The position numbers were made by a program, and so were the translations under genes. From NCBI GenBank assembly GCA_002269645.1, contig NIVC01000227.1:248001-312000 (forward strand): a stretch of DNA of 64,000 bases, in the 5' to 3' direction. Every line of letters starts with the position of its first letter. The first letter of the stretch is position 1. The notes beneath the pieces were generated by a model. It was not told where the DNA came from. It searched no databases and was given only the letters and a program-made list of their open reading frames with translations. Origin of the DNA: Macrostomum lignano. Lineage: Eukaryota. Shown here piece by piece: positions 38,501 through 48,144 of the stretch.

Positions 38501-41500
38501 GTCCATGGGGGTGTGCAGCCGGCCGGTGCGGTAGTAGTTGAGGATCATTGCGAACACGCCGCTGTGCCTGTCGAAGAAGTACTCGCCAGTGTCCGGGTCG
38601 AAATCGGCATTGTTAGTTGACGTGGTCTCCGTTAGCCAGGCCAGCCGCGTGTCCGGGATGTTCTTCAGCGTGGATTTGTACGTCTCGAAGCGGACGCCGC
38701 CGACGTTGATGACGATGCGGTTCTCCGGCGGCGGCGGGCGGCCGGGCGCGATGCTGCCCGCCTTGGCCAGCGAGCCAGCGCGAGCCGCCGCCATCGAGGC
38801 CACTGCAGTGCCAGCGGCCATTGCTGCGGCCGCAGAAACAGCCGGCGCTATGGACATGCCAGAGTCTGTGGCTCCAGCCGCTGTAGTTGTTCCCCGGCGT
38901 CGATGACAGCGGCGATGGCGTCTTGGCCGCTGTTCCGCTGCTCCGTCAAGAGGGTTGCTCTGGTTGCCGATCGCCTGCTGGTCGTTTTCAGCGTCTCGGT
39001 CTTCCGAGTCTGCCCGGCGTCGTTCTCGGAAGCTGCTGACTGAATTCGGTTAGAAGAGGTTTCGTCTGAGGATTCTTACAGAACGCTTTTTAGAACGTTT
39101 ATTCCGCGACAGAGTTGGCAAAGCTATTGGAGCTATTTTTGTTTCCTTGCCGACAATCCGCCTAGCGGCCCAATGAACTGGCGCTGATATCAGGGCGAAA
39201 AGTTGTCAGGAATGGAGGAGGAGGAGGCTGGAGGCGAGGTCCAATCCCACTGAGAGACGGGAGAGGCAAGCAGGGAGAGTTGGGAGTTGGGGCCCTGTGC
39301 GGGTTAGACTTAACCCTATAGCTATATGCATGGCATTCTGCAGTCTCCGTGGAGATTTATTGTAGTTGGAATCCGCATGCAGCATTCGTTTGCAGTAGTG
39401 TCTCGAATTAGCGCCCAAAGTGTCAGACTCGATATCTTCTGCCGGCCAAAGGGTCCTTTTAACGCACCGAGAGGGCAGTCCTTCTTCTATTTCAAAAAAA
39501 AGCTTGTAAAGGCTTACTAGGCTAATGGGGCAGCATTTTACCGAGACTACTGCGCTGAAGGAATGATAATTTTTGCTAGCCAAGTCTGTTAAACATGCAG
39601 GACTGGGCTGGGTTCCCGACTGCAGGCGCTGCAAATAGAAGAGTGGGCTGCCTGTTCTGGCGAAGCCCCCTGTCATCGTTTCGGGCCCTCGTGCTGACTA
39701 ACTGACTGACTGACTGACTGACTGACTGACTGACTGACTGACTGACTGACTGACTGACTGACTGACTGACTGACTGACTGACTGACTGACTGACTGACTG
39801 ACTGACTGACTGACTGACTGACTGACTGACTGACTGACTGACTGACTGACTGACTCACTCACTCACTGACTGACTGACTGACTGACTGACTGACTGACTG
39901 ACTGACTCACTGACTGACTGACTGACTGACTGACTGACTCACTCACTCACTCACTGACTGACTGACTGACTGACTGACTGACTGACTGACTGACTCACTG
40001 ACTGACTGACTGACTGACTGACTGACTGACTGACTGACTGACTGACTGACTGACTGACTGACTGACTGACTGACTGACTGACTGACTGACTGACTGACTG
40101 ACTGACTGACTGACTGACTGACTGACTGACTGACTGACTGACTGACTGACTGACTGACTGACTGACTGACTGACTGACTGACTGACTGACTGACTGACTG
40201 ACTGACTGACTGACTGACTGACTGACTGACTGACTGACTGACTGACTGACTGACTGACTGACTGACTGACTGACTGACTGACTGACTGACTGACTGACTG
40301 ACTGACTGACTGACTGACTGACTGACTGACTGACTGACTGACTGACTGACTGACTGACTGACTGACTGACTGACTGACTGACTGACTGACTGACTGACTG
40401 ACTGACTGACTGACTGACTGACTGACTGACTGACTGACTGACTGACTGACTGACTGACTGACTGACTGACTGACTGACTGACTGACTGACTGACTGACTG
40501 ACTGACTGACTGACTGACTGACTGACTGACTGACTGACTGACTGACTGACTGACTGACTGACTGACTGACTGACTGACTGACTGACTGACTGACTGACTG
40601 ACTGACTGACTGACTGACTGACTGACTGACTGACTGACTGACTGACTGACTGACTGACTGACTGACTGACTGACTGACTGACTGACTGACTGACTGACTG
40701 ACTGACTGACTGACTGACTGACTGACTGACTGACTGACTGACTGACTGACTGACTGACTGACTGACTGACTGACTGACTGACTGACTGACTGACTGACTG
40801 ACTGACTGACTGACTGACTGACTCACTGACTCACTGACTCACTGACTCACTGACTCACTGACTCACTGACTGACTGACTGACTGACTGACTCACTGACTG
40901 ACTGACTGACTGACTGACTGACTGACTGACTGACTGACTGACTGACTGACTGACTGACTGACTGACTGACTGACTGACTGACTGACTGACTGACTGACTG
41001 ACTGACTGACTGACTGACTGACTGACTGACTGACTGACTGACTGACTGACTGACTGACTGACTGACTGACTGACTGACTGACTGACTGACTCACTGACTC
41101 ACTGACTGACTGACTCACTGACTGACTAAGAGTTAGCAAAAAGGCAGGACTAACTTGAGCACTGGGCACAATTGCTTCCAGTCTCGCTGTCGCAGAAGCA
41201 GATGTTGGAGCAGTTTGTGCAGGCACCGATGCAACCGTGGCAGACTTGGTGCAAGTTGCATTCACAAAAACAGCAGCAGCAGCGGCAGCAGCTGTTGAAA
41301 TGCAAGTGGGAGCAACAACAGTCAAGCATAGGACTCGTCGATCTGCTTCGCAAAGCTGCTCGCTGGTGTTCGCTCCTCAGTGTTTGCTCCTTTTGGCTCG
41401 GCCGTTGATTTTGTTGCGGTTGCTGCTGCTGCTGCTGCTGCTGCTGCATTACGCTGGCATTCCTGCGGCTGTTTCTGAGCTGCGGCCTGAACATGCTGTT

Positions 41501-44380
41501 TGGCGGCCTGACTTCTAAACCTGCGACACTGACAATTGTACAGCGCTCGGCAGGAAGGCTGCGCAGGACATTGGGTGGCTATTTATCATTCTCAGGCCTC
41601 AGGTCTCAGCCATTTTCCAATATCTTTCTACCCCCTTCATCTCGATTTCAAATCCAGCCTCGCTAATGGCAAATATCGAACGCAGGTGCGGGCGGAGCTC
41701 TTGAAAATGGAAAACTCAAGATAGGAGAAGAACGGAGCGAATTAAGTGCCATGCAGGTAATTCCCCAAGCACGCTGTGGACCCCGTTCAGCTTCTTTGTC
41801 GTTACTTTTAAGTCGCTGGAGACGATCGAATGTCTCTGTTTCTTAGAAGGGTCGAACTTTAGTCCTCAGCTATTGTAATAAGAAAATTGGTTAAATGACC
41901 TTCGCGGCTTTGGGATGTGGCGGACAGCAACTGGGATTTGATATTCTTTCTTTCAAAGAACGAGCTGTACTATAAAATTTACTTGGAAGTTTTGTTTTAA
42001 ACTTTCTGCTAAGAATATTGTGCACGTTTCTTAACCCTACAAACTTTACTAGCAGTAGAAATGCCGTTTATACACTTTTGAAGTTGTACGATTTTATGCA
42101 GTACGAGAATACTATAATGCACAAAACATCGACTCAAAAGCCATTCTACAAAGATTAACTGAACAAGATAAAACTTTGCTGGAGATATGATTGAGATTTG
42201 GCAATCAATAAGTTCTGAGTGAGCTTCAGTCATGCTGCCTTCAGTTGGGTGGGGGGGTGGGCGTGTGCCCATCAATCAGCGATTAAATGGCACTTTTGGG
42301 GCAGCCACTGAACGAATGGTCGGTGTCTGGAGGTCAGTCACTGCATTGATTGATTACGATAATGTAGGGCCAATTAAAGGGTTCGGGCTGTTCTGTGAGG
42401 AAATCCATTGACTCTGGCTGGCAGAAACAGTTCTGAGTTTGACGGCTTAAAACGAGGGAAAAGGCGGAGGCAAAAATTCTGGGAAAACCACAAATACAAG
42501 CTTCGATCACTTCGAGTTGAAAAGAGGAAAAGTTATGGCTAAGAGAAGATTCAAAATTGAGGTCAAGAAGGGGAGGATTGAGCAGCACAGATGATGGGGA
42601 TCAAAGATTGGGATTGAAGATGGGGAGTGAAGATGGGGATCAAAGATGGGGATCAAAGATGGGGATTGAAGATGAGGATTGAAGATGGGGAGTGAAGATG
42701 GGGATCAAAGATGGGGATTGAAGATGGGGAGTGAAAAAGGGCAATGAAGGTGGAGATTGAAGATGGGATTGAAGATGGGGAGTGAAGATGGTTAGTGAAG
42801 ATGGGGAGTGAAGATGGGGAGTGAAGATGGGGAGTGAAGATGGGGAGTGAAGATGGGGAGTGAAGATGGGGAGTGAAGATGGGGAGTGAAGATGAAGATT
42901 GAAGATGGGGATTGAAAAAGGGCAATGAAGGTGGAGATTGAAGATGGGATTGAAGATGGGGAGTGAAGATGGTTAGTGAAGATGGGGAGTGAAGATGGGG
43001 AGTGAAGATGGTTAGTGAAGATGGGGAGTGAAGATGGGGAGTGAAGATGAAGATTGAAGATGGGGATTGAAAAAGGGCAATGAAGATGGGGATTGAAGAT
43101 GGGATTAAAGATGGGGAGTGAAGTTGAAGACTGAGCGGTCAGACAGAATCGTTAATCAGTGAAAAGACCCAATTTTAAGTCTGGTTTCCTGGCTTGGAAT
43201 GTTTCAAGGCAAGCACAGGGCATTTTGAATGTAAGTTTTCGTTTCGCATCATTTAGCGTCGTGATTTGGAACTTTTTTATGGGACTAAACGACGCAAAAG
43301 TTTTGTTAAAATGGTGTGAAATTTTGGAGTCAATCTGAGCGCTGGTTGTTATATTTTATCCAATAAAACCTGAGCTCAAATTATGCCATAAAATCAGGGG
43401 TCGACAGAGCCTCTCTATCCGGCCCTCGCGATCGGGTCATTTGAAATTTTACAGTAGCAATCCTGTCCGCTCAAGGTGTCTCCTTTCAGATATCTAGTCG
43501 AATCTCTCCTATCTTCTCTCTTGATCTCTCATCTCCTCTCCTTTGTCCTCGATTTCCCCTCTCCTCTTTTTTCGATCTTTTTTCCTTATCTAATCTCCTC
43601 TCTCCTCATCTCTCATCTCTCTTTTCCTCTTCTTTCGTCTCCTCTCTTTTCCTTCATTCCCTCGTCTCGATCCCTTCTCGTATCTTTTCTCTCTCTTCTC
43701 TATTCCCTCTCCTCTCTCTCCTCATTAGCTAGGTTCTACATGTACACCTGGCCCTTGAGGTAAAAAAGTTTTTCAAACCCTGTAGTAGAGGCTTTGCAAG
43801 TTTACCGACTGTCATCTAGAAAGTAAAGTCATTTAGAATGACAAGCAACCCAATGTCTAATAGCAGAATTTGCCTAAATTGCCTAAATTTGCAAACCAAC
43901 CTCCACATTATAAAAGCTTTTTCTTGACCCAAAATTGTGTAAATATTGAGCTCATGGGTTCCTAGTCAGACTAAAAGGGTCACTATGGGTGTATAATGAG
44001 AGAATTAAACAAACTCAGAAAAAATTGGGCCTCCAGTCCGCGACTTATTTTCAGCTGTCCATGAAAAGGTCGTTGTCACCAAAACTTGGCAAACAGTGAG
44101 AAACTCGATCGTGAGTTAAAGTCAGAGTTCGGCTGAACGGGTGTCATGATCTAACTAATTGAACTTTTGACCTTTCTGCAAGTCACTGACTGAGAACTCT
44201 TCCCAACTCACAGGGCATGCTTCGCCTTGACTCGCCCGACGCCAGCCCGGAGGTTGTTGACATCGCCGCTCCCCCGATAATGCCGCAGCGCCTGCCGACT
44301 CTGCGCTGACTGACGGTTTGCGGAGCTGCTCCAGGCTGCTGCTGCTCTTCCCCGACGGTAGCTATCGAAGGCGAAGCCAT
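26553..44380 (-). CDS. Shaw: Voltage-gated K+ channel, Shaw/Kv3 (KCNC) family; 8-exon model of about 891 aa (652 aa if initiated at Met 38857)
   Basis: Exons 44380-44212, 41520-41155, 39039-38213 (T1: [33 protein letters not shown]), 35862-35695 (S1), 33303-32832 (S2-S5 and pore TMTTLGYGD), 30779-30480 (S6, [10 protein letters not shown]), 28967-28863 and 26821-26553. The total of 2676 nt is in frame. The core exons are high confidence; the two 5' exons are moderate. Confidence 0.9.
26885..27680. repeat. 12-bp minisatellite (ATCGACATTTCT)n, Kv3 intron
   Basis: Direct reading. Confidence 0.97.
28010..28760. repeat. About 20-bp minisatellite (AACCTTCAGGTCTGAAT..), Kv3 intron
   Basis: Direct reading. 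Confidence 0.92.
29530..30390. repeat. About 60-bp tandem repeat, Kv3 intron
   Basis: Unit GAGTTTACGTCCGCAGTGCATTTTTTCCAGGAAATTGGCCTTTAAAAAATTACACGATCTT, about 14 copies. Confidence 0.95.
30847..31564. mobile_element. Foldback/MITE-like element built of inverted 16-17-bp repeats
   Basis: ATCACAAACCCGAAAT arrays at 30855-30960 face ATTTCGGGTTT(A/G)TGAT arrays at 30970-31555. Confidence 0.6.
32270..32740. repeat. G-rich 15-16-bp minisatellite (GGGGTAGAGGCATT/GGGGGCAGAGACGT)
   Basis: Direct reading. Confidence 0.92.
33956..34170 (+). mobile_element. SINE fragment with a CORE/MIR-like central domain
   Basis: TGTGTCCTTGAGCAAGACACTTAA..CTTCAGTTCCCCCAGCTGTAAAATTGG resembles the CORE-SINE consensus (from recall). 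No clear tRNA head was identified. Confidence 0.5.
34550..34930 (+). mobile_element. hAT-like MITE copy whose 3' subterminal sequence runs into a 26-bp satellite
   Basis: AGGGGTCGGCAAACTTTTTTATCTCAAGGGCCAGATA..AG core..TTGAGCGGGCCTGATTGCTATTGTGAAGTTTCAAAAGACCCCGAGGGCCGGATAG aligns by eye with the reverse complement of 43395-43782. Confidence 0.65.
34915..35612. repeat. About 26-bp minisatellite (GAGGGCCGGATAGAGAGGCTCTTTAGA)
   Basis: Direct reading. Confidence 0.95.
37635..38208. repeat. (AGTC)n microsatellite abutting the Kv3 donor site at 38212
   Basis: Direct reading. Confidence 0.98.
39694..41126. repeat. (ACTG)n microsatellite of about 1.4 kb, the reverse complement of the 37635-38208 array
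   Basis: Direct reading; occasional ACTC variants. Confidence 0.98.
42590..43135. repeat. About 13-bp minisatellite (GAAGATGGGGAGT)
   Basis: Direct reading. Confidence 0.9.
43395..43782 (-). mobile_element. hAT-like MITE, apparently full-length, with a CT-rich core
   Basis: Termini CAGGGGTCGACAG and GTTTTTCAAACCCTG; internal blocks shared with the copies at 15041 and 34550. No TSD is recognisable. Confidence 0.65.
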
Positions 44381-45229
44381 TTTGAACCAGAATCTTCCAC
44401 AAGTGCCGAGTCGATTGCAACTAGTTGCCAACAATTGACTCAACAACTAACGCTTGTTTATATTTACTTGTCTCTCCGGTTTCGACATTTTTAGGTGCGA
44501 AATTAATTTTGATTCGAACAAGTGAAACTAGGTTATTATTTAGGCCGCTTATTTAATGCGCAGAGCAAGAATTCAAGTTAGAGTTGGCTGCGTTCGCCGA
44601 AGCCAAAGATATGAGAACTCGAGAATGACCAGATTATGCTGAGCACGGCTCGGTGGGTGGTTTAGCCGCTCTCTGTGGCAGAAGAGAAACACAGAGAAGA
44701 CAGACCGAGAGATAGAAGTGGCCATAATTAACTGACGAAAGAGAATACTCTCGCCAAATAGCTGCATGGTCCAAGTACTTCACAAAACGAATGGCCCACA
44801 ATTGCAATTTCTGTTGCCTGTATTCTCATTTTCAGTTTTTTGTTTTTCTCTACGCAACCCCCACCCCATCCTACGGAGACGAGTGGAAAAAATACCCGAG
44901 GTGGAGGAGCTATAGGGTTGAGAAACAGTTTAAAACAGTGGGGCTCACACCTTCACGCCGTTATGGCAAGAATCAGGACTGCAGCTCTGCACCGAAGCGA
45001 AATTAAATATAATATATTCGGAGCGAGGAGTGGCCATTGGTCCAACTGTTTATTTCTCCTCTCTACGACGACCGAATTGCTCATTCGGTTCATTGTTGTT
45101 TTAGCATCGTGTAGGTGACGGTTAAATCCTCTTCGGACCGCCCTGCAGCTAAGACGGTTAAATCCGCAGACAATAGGGTAAAATAATTATTTTTCAAGTT
45201 ATTTGCACAAAAAAACTTGAATATACGAC

Positions 45230-45750
45230 TCGTAATCAATGATCGCTGATTGGCTGACGAGAAAGCTTCGCAATCAAATGCACACATTGAAATGGTCTTC
45301 ACCCCAACTGTTATTTCCCTTATCAGCAAGTCATCGCTGATTGGCTGACGAGAAAGCTTCGCAATCAATGCACACATTAAAATGGTCTTTACCCCAACTG
45401 TTATTTCCCTTATCAGCAAGTCATCGCTGATTGGCTGAAGAGAAAGCTTCGCAATCAATGCACACATTAAAATGGTCTTTACCCCAACTGTAATTTCCCT
45501 TATCAGCAAGTCATCGCTGATTGGCTGAAGAGAAAGCTTCGCAATCAATGCACACATTAAAATGGTCTTTACCCCAACTGTTATTTCCCTTATCAGCAAG
45601 TCATCGCTGATTGGCTGAAGAGAAAGCTTCGCAATCAATGCGCACATTAAAATGGCCTTCACCCCAACTGTTATTTCCCTTATCAGCAAGTCATCGCTGA
45701 TTGGCTGAAGAGAAAGCTTCGCAATCAATGCACACATTAAAATGGCCTAC
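45230..45750. repeat. 90-bp tandem repeat, about 5.5 copies, each with CTGATTGGCTG
   Basis: GCAATCAATG recurs at 45361, 45451 and onward (period 90). Confidence 0.95.
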
Positions 45751-47559
45751 GTAGACTCATATTGGCCAATCGTAAAAAACAAAACAGAATGAACGCAACT
45801 GTTTCTTTGGAAAATTTTAACGCCCATAGTAAGCGAATTCAACGATGACAGACAAAATGAAATTAGTGTTTAGTTAGTGCATATAAAACCAATGAGATTT
45901 GTATGCAGGCTTTTTTACTGTGTGAGTTTTTAAGAAATTTATAATATATATTTTTAACACACATAGAGGATCCGTTGCGCAAAACGACAAAAAAACATTT
46001 AAGGACTTGATTGGACTTAATAAACGCTTACGCTCTTTTACTTTTTAAATCTGCTTTGCGCTAAAACTGGACTACTAGAACATGATTTTAGTTATTTCTT
46101 TGCGTCAAAAAATGGGGAAACGACAATGTCTTTACCGACAGTTATATATAAAACTTCGGCTACAATGATTAAACGGCGAGTCGGTGAGTGAATTCGAACG
46201 CAGATCTGAACACAAATCGAGAAAACATGATGAATTCTGAGGGCAGGCGATGAAATCCCAGTGCGCTGATTTCATAGACGATAATTAGTTAAAGAAGATC
46301 AAAACAGACAAAGAGTGGGCATAAATAATAACTGAAGAAGCAAAAAACAGCTATATATGAATTCATATATATATATATGTAATAAAAGTTATGTACACAC
46401 GTGACTACTTAGAAATATATCAATAAAAAGTCGCGCCGCTACGACGGTTGGCGGTCACAGCAACCCGGTGCGATACAGACAGTCCATAATAATAATAATG
46501 TTAATAATAACAATAGTAAATCATTTTGCTAGTTGCAGGTGCACACGGGCCAAAAAAAGCGATCACCATCACCAGACGGCAGTTGGTAAGACGCAAAAAA
46601 AGCAAATTACTAAAATTGATAAGCAGAAAAAGGAAACCAAAATAGAAACCAACAAGAAGGAAAGCGGAGAGCTTTTTGTGCGACAGAAGCAGCTGATAAA
46701 AACGCATCGATAAGCTTTAACTGAATTTTTTGTTATAAAAAGCGCGGTGTGAAAATCTTTGAAACAGATGACGAGTTTTTACCTGTAAATTCATCCTGAC
46801 CACAGGTTTAAACAGACTTTTTTAAGCGCTTTATAATCTGTATTTTAAAACGCACAAACATAAGCTGCCATGTTATCAAACAACAACTACTAATTAAAAG
46901 TGCAATCAGTTATTAAGGACAACAGATCAATTTTTGTTTTAACAAAGTCTCACGATAACTGCGGGATTTCTATTCTGAAGAATCCGACCTTGGTTTTCAT
47001 TCTTCATCATTGGATAGAAATAAAAATAGAAGCAAATGTTACAAATAAAAGTTTGACAAAGACAGACAGACAGACAGATAAATGACATATATATAAATTA
47101 TTGAAAACGATCAAGTGATATGCGAAGCAGACAGAGCGTAGTGATATTGTCAGGGCGACTTAGGCTAAGAATTAAAACAAAAATTTACAAATTTGAAAAC
47201 TATTTAATAGCTGCAGGGTTGGTGTTAAATTATTTAGAAAAAATTGTCTGTGTTGGTGATAGTACTTAAAGCAATACAGTAGGTATATCAAAGTAGGTGC
47301 TTGGGTAAAGAATCTAAAATTATTACAAAGATTACTGGTCGCCTACTATCTCCAATTCAGTAGTAAGTAAAGTAAATTAGCAAAGCAGTTTTTCTGCAAG
47401 AATTATTTACCAAATTAGCGAAGTAAACCCCTAATTCTAAAAAACTAAATGACGCACTATCAGTTTTTAAGATCACGTGACAGAGGATGGTTATACGAAG
47501 TATTTGTACATATCAGTGTTCCGCTCCGGCAGGGCTTGTTGCTATTGGACAAATCATAA

Positions 47560-47925
47560 GTCACGTGACTTTTTCTGACCCAATAAAAACATAGTCACGT
47601 GACTTCCATCAGCTAATTGAAACATAGTCACGACGTGACTTCTCTGAGCCAATTAAAACATCGTCACGTAACTTCTCTGAGCCAATTTAAACACCGTCAC
47701 GTGACTTCTCTGAGCCAATTAAAGCATCGTCACGTGACTTCTCTGAGCCAATTAAAACACCGTCACGTGACTTCTCTGAGCCAATTAAAACATCGTCACG
47801 TGACTTCTCTGAGCTAATTAAAACACAGTCACGTGACTCCTCTGAGCCAATTAAAACACCGTCACGTGACTTCTCTGAGCTAATTAAAACACAGTCACGT
47901 GACTCTCCTGAGCCAATAAAGGCAC
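47560..47925. repeat. 33-bp tandem repeat carrying GTCACGTGAC and AGCCAAT motifs
   Basis: Unit GTCACGTGACTTCTCTGAGCCAATTAAAACATC, about 10 copies. Confidence 0.92.
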
Positions 47926-48144
47926 AGTTGCGTTTTTATTGGCGACTCCTAGTGGACCAGCTAATTAGCTAAAAATACGATACTACTGAACATAAAAAAG
48001 TAGTTAGATCTCATATGCGTACTATTATTATTATTATTTGTTATAACAGAATCTTCAAAGTGCGTACGCATAATCTCGGGACGGGTCTCTAAGCGAACAA
48101 TAAGAAGCACAAATCAATGAATTCCGCCTCAGTCCAGCCGGCCA

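Noticed and set aside
39673-41325. SQSV-repeat ORFs and the Ala/Thr-rich alternative frame of the Cys exon
   Set aside because: SQSV is (CAGT)n. The Ala/Thr frame has a stop near 41378 and a phase-0 donor that does not join the channel frame. It is kept only as a caveat.
41150-44380. Treating the Cys-rich ORF as an independent gene only
   Set aside because: A good donor (GTTAGT) sits just before its stop and matches the phase of the Kv3 acceptor at 39040, so a channel exon is more parsimonious.
45090-45737. 215-aa ORF with a 30-aa repeat
   Set aside because: It is the translation of a 90-bp tandem repeat, with no splice or codon-bias support.
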